Source: Octopus sinensis
Lineage: Eukaryota
Reading direction: 5' to 3'
DNA: 64,000 bases
Assembly (NCBI RefSeq): GCF_006345805.1
Contig: NC_043007.1
Span: 5,766,001-5,830,000, forward strand
Both the position numbers and the translations under genes were made by a program. The notes beneath the pieces were generated by a model. The model was not told where the DNA came from and made no database searches. It saw only the letters and a program-made list of their open reading frames with translations. This document shows positions 15,051 to 27,495 of the stretch, one piece after another. The stretch's first letter is position 1, and the number at the start of each line of letters is the position of its first letter.

Positions 15051-15093
15051 TCCCAGAAAGTTAGAGGTTGTGAATCCAACCAACTAAAGGATA

Positions 15094-15464
15094 ATATCTA
15101 TCCAATATACTGCTGGTAGAATATCCAATTATTAATACACGTGTTTTTTATTGCAATGCAATTACATTACCTAGTGTACCAAATGGGTGAAGGAAAAGAG
15201 ATATTTTACCATTAATTTATATAGCAATAAGAAAATGGTGGAGATCAATAGGTGGTTCATCAAATTTTAGACATTATGTTAACTTATTTATTTACTAAAC
15301 TGATAATAATATACATATAACATATTATTCTTTATATATAAATTAATGGTAAAGTAGCTCTTTTCCTTCACCCATTTCATACACTAGGTAATGTAATTGC
15401 ATTGCAATAAAAAACACGTGTATTAATAATTGGGTATTCTACCAGCAGTATATTGGATAGATAT
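15094..15464. mobile_element. MITE-like fold-back element with about 130-bp terminal inverted repeats
   Basis: ATATCTATCCAATATACTGCTGGTAGAAT... at the left end is mirrored by ...ATTCTACCAGCAGTATATTGGATAGATAT at the right end; AT-rich spacer, no ORF. Confidence 0.8.
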
Positions 15465-15477
15465 AAGATATAAAATA

Positions 15478-15930
15478 TAACGATTCAGTGAGACCATCAG
15501 ATCAAACAACGGAAACTCAATATTGGTGGGATGAATAATAAAAAAAAAAAGAAAAAAACATGTCTGGTAATCGACATGGCATTCCTGGAAATAACAGGAT
15601 AAAAAAGAGAGAAGAAATAAAAGCGAACAACTAAAAGGAATTAAAGTGGGAAATACGCAGGTTGAGGTTAATGAAGAGAGTGGACGTAATACCAATAGTA
15701 AGTGGACCGCTTGGAATTGCCAGCACTCAACCACCAGCATGGCCCCAAAAGATTGGTACAATTGTCAAGATAGAACACGTATAAAGATCATCGTTGCTTC
15801 AAGAATTCTCTCCTGGTTTTCTTGAGGCATGATTAGTAAACATGTGGCACTTGAGTTTGTTGTGATCAGCTGACACTTTCCATCATACTCGGCATAATAA
15901 AGCTGGGGATTTTAATCAAATTAATAACTA
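15478..15930 (+). mobile_element. R4/Dong-clade 3' fragment (RLE), paralogue of 11224-11730
   Basis: Shared 'aagtgggaaatacgcaggttg...gagagtgga..t.ataccaatagt' and 3' UTR 'tcatactc...aataaagctggg'; translates CLVID...KWEIRRLRLMKRVDVIPIV. Confidence 0.75.
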
Positions 15931-15934
15931 TCCT

Positions 15935-16316
15935 TTCTACTATAGGCACAAAGCCTGAAATTTATGACACGTCAATTACCCCCAGTCTGCAACTGGTACT
16001 TGTTTCATCGACTCCGAAAAAAGAGAAGGTAAAGACAACCTCGGCTGAACTGGAACTCTACTCGTAGACGTAGGTGAGATACCTATTTCTTTACTACTCA
16101 CAAGGGGCTAAACACAGAGGGGACAAACAAGGACAGACAAACGGATAAAGTCGATTACAAGGACCCCAGTGCGTAACTGGTACTTAATTTATCGACCCCG
16201 AAAGGATGAAAGGCGAAGTCGAACTCGGCGGAATTTGAACTCAGAACGTAGCGGCAGACGAAATACCGCTAATCATTTTGCCTGGCGTGCTAACGTTTCT
16301 TCCAGCTCGCCGCCTT
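15935..16316 (-). mobile_element. SINE family A: one degenerate copy and one near-complete copy (16081-16316)
   Basis: Reverse complement of the ggcgagctggcagaaacgttagcacgcc...gtagtaaagaaataggt consensus seen at 35411-35648. Confidence 0.85.
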
Positions 16317-16848
16317 TTATTGATTTTTAAAAGACAACACAGGTTTATATGGCCATCATGAAACTAAAATTTCACGGCAACAGCATCAGAAGTAATCGTA
16401 GAAAAATAATCGAAAGCAAAATTCACTGAATGCAGTTATTTAGAGATTCTGCTATTTTCGGTTGATAGTGTGAAACTTTGAGAAAAGATAAATTTTAACT
16501 AACTTTTGTAATAATTTAAACTATGTAAAGATACTTTTACAATTGAATTAATGACAAACGCTTGTAGCAAATTGCTTTAGTAAAGATGTCAATGGAATAA
16601 ATTCACACAATATGTATGTGTTGAATTCTCAGCGCTAAGATCATGGTATCTTTCGAGTGCTGCTTCTTCTTGCATATTAAAACCAAACAAGAAACGATTT
16701 GGGGGCTGAGAACTCAGTAAAGATATTTTATTGATTACAAGTTTTCTATGGATATCTAAACGAAACTAATTTAGCCATACAATTTGTTTTCAATTCAGTC
16801 ATAAAATTACTACTCAACTAATATGCGCACATACATACATACATGCAG

Positions 16849-16897
<49 letters not shown>

Positions 16898-16959
16898 CGT
16901 GTGTGCGTGTGTATATATATGTATATCTGTGTACATATATATATATGTATTTATGTATG

Positions 16960-17002
<43 letters not shown>

Positions 17003-17074
17003 GTATATATGTATTTATGTATGTATGTGTGTATACATACATATGTACGTATGTATGTGTATATATATATATAG

Positions 17075-17250
17075 AGAGACTTTACGAAAAAAAACAAAAG
17101 ATGATAACAGGTGGTGTACAAAACATACAGAAGTATTAGTATAACGCTCATGAATAGAAAAAGTCTTTTACGTTTCGAGCCTACGCTCTTCTACAGAAAG
17201 GGACACAGAAAAAACAAGGAGAGAACAAAGAGAGAAAAAAATGTGTGTAT
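17075..17250 (-). mobile_element. Hammerhead-bearing dispersed repeat (GAGC-stem family)
   Basis: Reverse complement matches 32595-32760 and 53860-54010; embedded in (TA)/(TG) repeats. Confidence 0.75.
17165..17200 (-). ncRNA. Minimal type I hammerhead-like motif (variant core CUGUAGA)
   Basis: CUUU-CUGUAGA-A-GAGC(GUAG)GCUC-GAAA-CG-UA-AAAG: stems I and II pair; GUA triplet; core differs at A6. Confidence 0.55.
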
Positions 17251-17442
17251 ATATATATATATGTATGTATTTGTGCGTGTGTATGCGTGTGTGTGTGTGC
17301 GTGTGTGTGTGTGTGTATAGAGTAGAGTAACAAAATGTATGAATCAAGTACTCCAAATCAGTTGGAAGGATGATATATAAGTACACACGTACTTTTAATG
17401 ATTTTCGCTCCTCCTTTCAACGTTTCCCTTTATTCTTTATTG

Positions 17443-17476
17443 CTTTCTGACGAAGAGCTATGTTCGAAACACCAAA
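17443..17476 (+). ncRNA. Degenerate minimal hammerhead motif
   Basis: CUGACGA-A-GAGC(UAU)GUUC-GAAAC; stem III and cleavage triplet decayed. Confidence 0.45.
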
Positions 17477-18398
17477 CACTCCTTCTTTTGACTTGTTGTT
17501 TGTTATTCTTGCCTTTAATGATCAATTGATTTGACTATATATATATATAATTAATATTCAGTTGAATCAGGTAATTAAGTTGAGGCACCGAGTCAGTACG
17601 GTATTGTCCGCACAGCTCGAAGTTAGGTGAATAAAAAGCAAATAAGTTACAAGGATGTCCAGGTATTAGTGCATTACGGCCGTTTCACGTGGATCCATTT
17701 AATCGATCAATGCAAGCGTGGTATCAATTTGAAATAAACAGCTCTCCTCGGTCGCATAAGACCATATAGGTTTTCAACATACAGGAAACTCCATTATACA
17801 CTTTTAGTAAATTTTCCATCAGAATTAGGGAATAAAATAATTACATTGTAGCAGAATATATACAGTTAGTGAGATAGATGTAGGTAAATAGGCATACATA
17901 TATGGAGAAAATCATTTCTTTTAGACTATGTTCTAGTTTTATCTTACTTATCAGAATGATATCCATATCTTCGTAGAATTCTTTCAATTGTTTTTGGAAA
18001 AGTAAAGTTCCAGATTCGTCTTCAATATTTCAAAGCTTGTTTTCAGAATAAATTGACGTTGAGCGTTGCTTCCTCCTCATATTAAGTACATCCTATGTCA
18101 TTTATATATATATATATATATATAATTAATTAATAAGGGTGAGAGAATTAGATACTAATGTAATAGTATATCTATTCAACACCAAGTGGCCTAGTGCTCC
18201 GAGAAACCTGGATTATTATAATATTTTATAATATATTATAATATTTTTACAAAATAAATATAAGGGAGTGGTCACTATATGGCTCACTCTAGCACCAGTT
18301 AATCCAAAAGGTTTCAACCACAAAAATACATGTTTCCCATGAAAGTCAGTACGATTGTTAGCTCACACGGACAGGGCCAATAAAAAATAACAAAAATA

Positions 18399-18494
18399 CA
18401 GATTATTTTGGGACAATTGTTTCGCTATTAATGAATTAAATGTAATTTTACTTACAAAAAAATCCACTTGTAGCTCGTCAGCCAAAACTATCTG
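18399..18494 (-). ncRNA. Type I hammerhead ribozyme (canonical core, GUC site)
   Basis: Reverse complement of the 19081-19176 motif. Confidence 0.85.
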
Positions 18495-19080
18495 GATGAA
18501 ATCCACTCAATCACACGCCAGATTTTACCATAACGATAAATACGCGTGTGGTTCAATTGATTACATCCGACGTTATAATTCAAATGCCCCAACTAACAGC
18601 GCGCCAAACTTTCACGGAAAACAAAGACTGCATTTAGAAATAAATGTAGCATAATTATAATTAATTAATAAGGGTGAGAGAATTAGATACTAATTTAATA
18701 GTATATCTATTCAACACCAAGTGGCCTAGTGCTCCGAGAAACCTGGATTATTATAATATTTTATAATATATTATAATATTTTTACAAAATAAATATAAGA
18801 GAGTGGTCACTATATGGCTCACTCTAGCACCAGTTAATCCAAAAGGTTTCAACCACAAAAATACATGTTTCCCATGAAAGTCAGTACGATTGTTAGCTCA
18901 CCCTTATTAATTAATTATAATTATGCTACATTTATTTCTAAATGCAGTCTTTGTTTTCCGTGAAAGTTTGGCCCGCTGTTAGTTGGGGCATTTGAATTAT
19001 AACGTCGGATGTAATCAATTGAACCACACGCGTATTTATCGTTATGGTAAAATCTGGCGTGTGATTGAGTGGATTTCATC

Positions 19081-19176
19081 CAGATAGTTTTGGCTGACGA
19101 GCTACAAGTGGATTTTTTTGTAAGTAAAATTACATTTAATTCATTAATAGCGAAACAATTGTCCCAAAATAATCTG
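19081..19176 (+). ncRNA. Type I hammerhead ribozyme (canonical core, GUC site; predicted cleavage after 19163)
   Basis: Stem I CAGAU-A-GUUUUGG/CCAAAAU-A-AUCUG; core CUGACGA (19094-19100); stem II GCUA...UAGC; GAAA (19152-19155); palindromic stem III ACAAUUGU; C17 at 19163. Confidence 0.88.
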
Positions 19177-19329
19177 TATTTTTGTTATTTTTATTGGCCC
19201 TGTCCGTGTGAGCTAACAATCGTACTGACTTTCATGGGAAACATGTATTTTTGTGGTTGAAACCTTTTGGATTAACTGGTGCTAGAGTGAGCCATATAGT
19301 GACCACTCTCTTATATTTATTTTATTTTA

Positions 19330-19828
<499 letters not shown>

Positions 19829-20974
19829 CATCACCACCGAAATTTGAACTTTTAATAGTAAGATTCATACGTCATCAGTGAGACGTTTATCTTGCATATT
19901 TTGCTTTTATGATTTTGGGGATTTTCTGGACAACATTTCTGTGAAGTATAGATGTCTGGGTAGAACATTGGTTTGTATATGTTCATTATTTGAAAGGTTG
20001 AAAGTCTACTCTTAGATTTATCTCGGACCGAGCTGTTCACGACTATCGGGTAGAATAAATTGATTGCAGCTGTTATGAAAGTATGTTGACCTTGAAACGG
20101 TGTGCGAAGATGAGGTAATAAGTGTGTTTGGAAACTAATTCAAACATGGAGAGGTTGTACTGGAAACTTATTCTTAAAATGGGTGAAAATATTAAGAGGT
20201 TAAGATAATTCTTATCTTTACTAATATTTGCATTATCATCATCGGATTTCTATTAATGTTTGCATTATCAATGGATTTAAGTGAAATTATTAGAGGAAGC
20301 TTAAATTGCTGGGATGACCTTTGTATTGGTCAAACGACAAGAATTAAAATGATATTGCGAGAGACAGGTGAAGTTATTCAAATAGGTTATTGCTTTTGTT
20401 CAGAGGTCAAATTACTCCAATACTAAGGTTAGTAATTGTTGTAAATTGGAGATTTATGGCCATATATATGTTTCGTATTATTTGTAGTATTACTTCGGAT
20501 TCTGTGGTGCAGTGCTTTCAAATTTTCTTGCAAAGAGCAATTGCAAGCATAATGTTTGTTTTGTGGCGTTGTATATGACCATTAGAGAAAGAAGTGGCAC
20601 CAAGTAGGTCAAAAATGATATTCACTCTATGTATGTGGGTGTGGGTGATATACGTGTAATACGAAGGCAGGAAGACGTCCAGAAATGAAAACCTCAGAAA
20701 CAACTCTATACACCCAGAACGCTACAAATAAAATTCAAGTATGAGAACATTCTGATAGACAAAAACCCTAACTCAGTATAGAAGTTACTTAACAACTGTA
20801 CGGGAAGCAGGATGAATTACGATAATCTAAGAGTTCTAAACATGAAAGTCGTATATATACATACATGTATGTATATGTGTATGTGTATGTGTATATATAT
20901 ATAGATATATGTGTGTGTGTTTGTGTGTGTGTGTATGTGTGTGGGTATGTGTCAAAAATGTAACTAGTTGTGGA

Positions 20975-21105
20975 CCGTTGGAGATTTTTCCTTCTTCCTT
21001 TTCTTTTGGACTTTCCTGTCTTCTGTTTCCAAAGAAGAGCTTTGCTCGAAACATAAGACAACTACTCTTTCTTTCTCGGAGCGTCTCATTAATACATACA
21101 TACAA
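20975..21105 (+). mobile_element. GAGC-stem family repeat with decayed hammerhead core
   Basis: 'gtttccaaagaagagctttgctcgaaacataagac...ctttctcggagcgtc' aligns to 49570-49790. Confidence 0.6.
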
Positions 21106-21178
21106 ACATACAAACATAAAAACATAAAAACAAACAAACATACATACATATATATCTATATTTATCTATCTATCTAAT

Positions 21179-21211
<33 letters not shown>

Positions 21212-21681
21212 GTATGCATATGTGTACATTATATATTTTTGTACTTAAATTGTGTCATGTGACAAACTAAATGGCCTGATCTGCTGAAAATGACTGCCAA
21301 ACATTCACCCTCATAGAACTCTCAACTATCATTCGAAAGAGAAAGACTGTGGCGCCTAATGTTACCGGTTGTGACGACCCAATGATGACGGTTGGAATAC
21401 ATTCGGTTGTGGATCACGGTTACGTAACAGAGGCTTTAACGAACGCCCCGAAATCATCGTAGACTCAGAATCACGGCAGAGGATTACTGAATGATGAAAG
21501 CTTTAAGACAACCGACGCAACTAAGGAGAATCACTCATTTAGTGCTGATTAATGATTTGTTAATTGTGGTGGTCACCTGGAGTAACAATAGCAACAACTG
21601 TAATCATAGCAACTACTACAGCTACCAAACAACAACAACGAGTACAATGACCACAACAACAATATCCACAGAAACAACAGT

Positions 21682-22046
21682 GGAGGCGCAATGGCCCAGT
21701 GGTCGGAGGATCGCTGTTTCGATTCCCAGACCGGGCGTTGTGTGTGTTTATTGAGCGAAAACACCTAAAGCCCCACGAGGCTCTGGCAGGGGGTGATGGC
21801 GACCCCTGTTGTCCTCTTTCGCTCCAACTTTCTCTCACTCTTTCTTCTTGTTTCTTGTCCGCGACTTCCTACGCAACCGCTGAGCCTGGATGCGCATTCA
21901 TCCATCCGTCGATGCTCTCGGTATCGGGGGTTGACCTGCTTTCTCTTCTGCGGGTCTTACGAATAGCAAAGGAACACGTTTTGACTTCTCCCATTTTCCG
22001 AGCTCTGGGACGAAGATCGTTCGCTCAACAGCAACAGCAACAACAG
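21682..22046 (+). mobile_element. tRNA-derived SINE family C, near complete
   Basis: A-box-like TGGCCCAGTGG and B-box-like GTTTCGATTCC; body shared with 5905-6228; (CAA/CAG) tail; sits in a CAA-rich tract. Confidence 0.8.
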
Positions 22047-23560
22047 CTACCACCATAATTACAACAATAAGAACTACAACAATAATAACCACACAATAAC
22101 TATAACAATAGCAAATCCTTAAATTGCAATTCTTAGATAGACCGAAGAAATTCTTGAAAGTCTTTTAGTCTTCGAAAATATATGTTGATATTTGGAGTGG
22201 AATGCATCACTACGTCGTACGAAGGTACCGATAAAAAAGATCCATCATTTTTGATAAGCATTTCGCGAAAAATGCAAGGTGTACATTAATGTAAGTAAAT
22301 GAAACACACAAAAATCAACCAAGTATTAGCTACACAAAGAAACTATCAGAACGTGTCCCACTCCGCTAAAACTACCTTAATGGCCGAATAAATTATGAAA
22401 GGTTTTCCTGTAGCAATCTCGGTAAGTGAACTTTCACACGGCAATCGTTTTCTACATCGTCTTGCGATGCATCTGGATACATCGTCAGTGACACGGATGC
22501 TACATGTGGCCATAGGTTATGTCCGGTCTTTCAACAATCAGACATTCTTACCCAGGTGATCCAGCTAGGGTTGATCAAACCCGAGTTTGTGTTCACTTAC
22601 CATTACCTCATTCAGTGCTCATATACCAGTAAGCCTCATTCAGGGTTCCACCCCCACTTGATCCACTGCCACATTGAAGCAATCACTGCTGTGCTTCTGA
22701 CGTCAACTTGATGGCCTTGACCTCCGCCTGCTGGACTCTGTGATATCCAAAGTGATGTTATACAGTGAACACTTACCTAAAATCATGCCAGCTTCAGTGT
22801 TGGTCTTCTTCAACCAATAATGGTGTTGCGAAAGAAAGATTCAAGATAGAAAAATTGGCTCTGATTTAGGCACAAGAACAACAAATTGGATGGAAGTGAG
22901 GTGGTAGATACCATCGACTTCAGTCCCTTGCTGGCACTTCAATTTATCGAAACCGTTGAGATTAAAGGTAAAGTATATTCTGACAGCGTGAACTCAGAAC
23001 GTAAGTGACGACTGAAATACGGCAAGGCATTTTGTCTGGCGGCCCGAACGGTTTTACCAGCTCAATATCTTTTTATGGTAGAAAGTAGAAATAGCAAAAT
23101 CTGCTCAGTCGAAAGCAAGATAGATCGAGAAGGCTAAAGTGAAGTTTGTCACGAATATCGTAAGACTTCAGCTTTCAAAATCATTTTCAAAATACATTTT
23201 CTCAAAATATATTTTTCTGTATTTGTTTGAAATAATAAAGGTAGAAGACAAAATTTGAACACATTAAATGAATTATATATAATATATAAAATTAATAATT
23301 TTTTCTTCGCAAGTGTGAATATATATAGGTGCAATTAAAACTTACCAAACTAAAAATAGCTTGCACAAAATTTCATTAAGTAATTAATAGTTACATAGAT
23401 ACCAACTGCTAGATCATAAAAATAAAATCTGAACATCCAGTAACAAATAAATTGTAATTTCAGATATTGATTAAAATACATTAATTAATAACTAATTTGG
23501 TACCAGTCACTCAGGAAATTTATAATTATTAATCATTGTAATTTTGTTATTTTAAGCATT

Positions 23561-23974
23561 GGATCTTTTCGGTTTGAACGGCAGTTTTTTCTAGCGGTGT
23601 CATATGAAATTGTCACCCATAATTATGACCCTAGTATCGATCTATTGCATTTCAATCTGTTTTAGGGTTAGGGGTGGGGGGAAGGGTATCTTTTTTTCTT
23701 CACAAATGTAAATAAACCCAATCGGTTTCTTAAACGAGGGACATATTCATACGGCACAGAATGTTTTTTTTACCTCAATAGACGTCAGTGATTGGTTGAA
23801 ATTGCAGAAATTGAAGAAAAACAACAACAAATATCTTACAAACCATAGAATTTTCTCAATAAAGCCAAGAGAAAAAGATGTTTTATAAAAGACATTCTAC
23901 CAGTATACGAAGTTTAACATTTTTTAGTTAGCTAGAAATTATGTTAAAAACTGCCGTTCAAACCGAAAAGATCC
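23561..23974. mobile_element. MITE with 29-bp TIRs and 8-bp TSD (Merlin-like)
   Basis: TIR GGATCTTTTCGGTTTGAACGGCAGTTTTT at both ends; perfect TSD TAAGCATT (23553-23560, 23975-23982). GG termini with an 8-bp TSD fit the Merlin superfamily. Confidence 0.9.
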
Positions 23975-24159
23975 TAAGCATTTTTTTTTTCGGAACGAGT
24001 ATTTTATTTTGCAGAATAATTTCGTCCATTTTGCCGCCTCAGTTATCTTTTACTGTGTTTGTTTCGCCGCCTTCAAGAGTTCAATTGAAGAAATCGCTCT
24101 CCGGTCCCTATTTTCTTAAATTCTCTTACTTGTTCCCATCTCTTCCTTTTACTAAAATG

Positions 24160-24455
24160 CAAAGTTATGGAGATGTAAACAAACAACAACGATTGTCAGG
24201 CGATGGGGATACAAACACAAATATACGCCCACACCCATACCCACACACTCACACATACGCACACACTCACATACACACATGTATGAGTGTACATATACAT
24301 ATATACGTTAGGATTCCTCACAGTTGCCATCTCCCGAATTCATTCACAAGGCATTGGGCTGTAGCAGGAAAGATTTTCCCAAGGTGCTGCGCAACGAGAT
24401 TGAAAATGGAACCACACGGTTGCAATGCATGCTTCTAAACCACACAGCCGGCAAT
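24160..24455 (-). mobile_element. SINE family B copy (tail, microsatellite, head)
   Basis: Tail 'aagttatggagatgtaaac', a (CA) spacer, and head 'cccgaattcattcacaaggcattggg...cccaaggtgctgcgc...aaccacacagcc'. Confidence 0.6.
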
Positions 24456-25045
24456 TATCTTAAACACGTAAAAATATTTTTTATTTCATCAAAATTAATT
24501 ACTGCAGAGTTTCCAAATTCTTGAGAGTGAGAACATTTTCCAAAAAGAAAAAATGATGTCGTTCGTTATTTCGCACAAAAGATGAAGGAAAGATAAGCAA
24601 GTAAAAAAAGTTGGCTATTTTTGATGAGATGGCTTATTCTTGCTGTATTATTACCATTATGATTATTCTATAGCTCTATCAAGAGTTGTTACCTGGAATC
24701 GGTAAAGTCGTAGCAGCCATGTTGCTATAGAAACTCTACATCGTAGATGGTGGCAGCAACAACATAACTGTTATTTATTTCTGTTGCAATATTTAGCTTA
24801 TAGTTGCGCTTGTACCATTGTGCATAAATCTACGAGGGGAGTAGCTTTCGTGGCAGATTGTGTGACGTCTTGCTGGAGAAACCCGACAACAGCGCCACTA
24901 ACACCATCAGCACATCTTTATCTCTTCCAACTTTTGCCTCTCCTTCTCTCTTTCATACTCTCTACCCCCCTTCCCCCTACATCACTTCTACTCATCAACT
25001 TTCTTAATAGAGAATCTCAAGCTATTGCTTCTAAATCATTGCATA

Positions 25046-25096
<51 letters not shown>

Positions 25097-25290
25097 CACA
25101 CATACACACACACACACACATGCACACATACACACACACACATGCACACATACACACACACACACATGCACACACACATGCACACATACACACACGCACA
25201 CACACACACACATGCACACATACACACACACACACACACACATGCACACACACATGCACACATACACACACGCACACACACACACGCACA
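25046..25290. repeat. (CA)n/(CACATG) compound microsatellite
   Basis: Direct inspection. Confidence 0.95.
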
Positions 25291-25339
25291 CACTATTTCG
25301 CTCTATCATTCCCCATACAGTAATATACACCGCCGCCGC

Positions 25340-26800
25340 CGCCATTACTCTTCTATAGTTTTTGCTCTCTTCTTTCCTCCCAAGCATTTCTTTGTTTTCT
25401 CTTTCTTTATGCCTTCCTTCCTTTTCTTCTTCATCTTTTCTCCTCCCCTTCTTCCTGCTTCTTCATTTTCTTCTCCTTCGTCATCATTCTCATCATCATT
25501 TACCTCTTCCTCTTCTTTCTCTTCTTTCTCTTCTTTTCCTTCCTTTTATCCTCCTCCTCCCTTCCTCCTCAGCCTCCTCCATCTTCTACTCTTCCTTAAA
25601 CGCTGTTTCCACCGTATTTTCACTTCTATGCACTTTCTCTCCTCCTTCTCTCCCTCCTTTTTTATCCGCCTCGTATTCCTCCTCCTCTCCTTTCGTCGTC
25701 GTCGTCTTCCTCCTCTCCTTCCTCTTCCTCCTCTTCCTCCTCCTCCTCATCATCATCATATTTTAGCACTAATTTTCATCTTCAACATTTTCTGTCCCTT
25801 TGTCTCACCAATACCCATTCCTCCACTTCGTCCTCCTCCTCCTCCCCTTCCTCTTCCCTAATTCACCACCCTCCCCTCTATTAACCCCACCTCCCTTCAT
25901 AAACACTCCATCTCCCCTCCTCTTTCGACACCAGCCGCGTGGTTCCATTTCATTTATTCCTTTCTTTCTTTCTGACATTCTTTCTTTCTTTCCATCTTTC
26001 TTTCTTTTATCTTCCTTCTTTTAATCTTTCTTTCTCTCTTTCTCTTTCTCCTTTCTTTCTTTCCTTCTCTCTTACTCTTTCTCCTTTCTTTCTTTCTTTC
26101 TTTCTTTCTATCTTTCTTTCCCTCTCTCTTTCTATCTTTCTTTCTATCTTTCTTTCCTTCTCTCTTTCTTTCTCTCTTTCTCTTTCTCCTGTCTTTCTTT
26201 CTTTCTCTCTTTCTCTTTCTCCTTTCTTTCTTTTTTCTTTCCCTCTCTCTTTCTATCTTTCTTTCTATCTTTCTTTCCTCTCTCTTTCTCTTTCTCCGTC
26301 TTTCTTTCTTTCTCTCTTTCTCTTTCTCCTTTCTTCTTTCTTTCTTTCCCTCTCTCTTTCTATCTTTCTTTCTATCTTTCTTTCCTTCTCTCTTCTTTCT
26401 CTCTTTCTCTTCTCTGTCTTTTTCTTTCTCTTTCTCTTTTCTCCCTTTCTTTCTTTCTTTCTTTCCCTCTCTCTTTCTATCTTTCTTTCTATCTTTCTTT
26501 CCTTCTCTCTTTCTTTCTCTCTTTCTCTTTCTCCTGTCTTTCTTTCTTTCTCTCTTTCTCTTTCTCCTTTCTTTCTTTCTTTCTTTCCCTCTCTCTTTCT
26601 ATCTTTCTTTCTATCTTTCTTTCCTTCTCTCTTTCTTTCTCTCTTTCTCTTTCTCCTGTCTTTCTTTCTTTCTCTCTTTCTCTTTCTCCTTTCTTTCTTT
26701 CTTTCTTTCCCTCTCTCTTTCTATCTTTCTTTCCTTCTCTCTTTCTTCCTCTCTTTCTCTTTCTCCTGTCTTTCTTTCTTTCTCTCTTCCTTTCTTCCTC
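25340..26800. repeat. About 1.45-kb polypyrimidine tract with a higher-order repeat in 26050-26790
   Basis: Nearly purine-free + strand; recurring 'ctttccctctctctttctatctttctttctatctttctttccttctctc...ctcctgt' unit. Confidence 0.9.
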
Positions 26801-27134
26801 TCTGCAATTTCCATTTTCTAATCCCCATCACCACCATCGTCTCCTCCATTCCCTCCGCCGCCACAAATGCACCAATCACAACAAAATCAAAACCAACAAC
26901 CGCCACCACAGCAACCTTTAACACCAACGCCGCCACCGCTGCCATTTTTATTACCAACACCACTCTTACTGCGACCACCACCATCAGAACAAGCATATCC
27001 TTCATCAATATCTCCATCAACACCACTTCCCCACCGCCAACACCACTACCGTTGCCCCCCCCCCCGGCCACCATAAAAACGGCCGTCACTAACACCACCG
27101 CACATCCACCACCATACTTTTCACTATGGGTAAG

Positions 27135-27495
27135 GAGCTAGACGATTACATCGACCCCAGTGCGTAACTGGTACTCTTTTCATCGACCTCGGCGGAATTT
27201 GAACTCAGAACGTAGCGGCAGACGAAATACCGCTAAAAATTTCACCCGGCGTGCTAACGATTCTTATTTCTTTATTGTCCACAAGGGGATAAACACAGAG
27301 AGAACAAACAAGGACAGACAAACGGATTACATCGACTCCAGTGCGTAACTGGTACTTATTTAATCGACCCCAAAAGGATGAAAGGCAAAGTCGACCTCGG
27401 CGGAATTTGAACTCGGAATTTGAACGTAGCGGCAGACAAAATACTTCTAAGCATTTCGCCCGGCGGGCTAACGATTCTGCCAGCTCGCCGCCTTC
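27135..27495 (-). mobile_element. Two tandem SINE family A copies
   Basis: Diagnostic family A segments repeated twice. Confidence 0.8.

Larger units (their letters stand above)
18120..19325. mobile_element. Tandem (535-bp unit, about 1.45 copies) plus inverted repeat carrying hammerhead ribozymes; Penelope pseudo-LTR/retrozyme-like
   Basis: 18122-18365 repeats at 18657-18900. 18897-19325 is the reverse complement of about 18250-18678. (TA)n on both sides. Confidence 0.85.

Noticed and set aside
20270-20700. Faint PLE-like peptides (CIGQTTR on +, SFLDV on -); similar LVTSVY at about 60640 (-)
   Set aside because: Motifs are short, lie on opposite strands in the first case, and are too decayed to call.
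21682-21735. Possible tRNA gene
   Set aside because: A/B boxes present, but the anticodon arm is deleted and the sequence continues into a SINE body.
23655-23680. TTAGGG telomere-like repeat
   Set aside because: Only two units, and inside a MITE; not an interstitial telomere.
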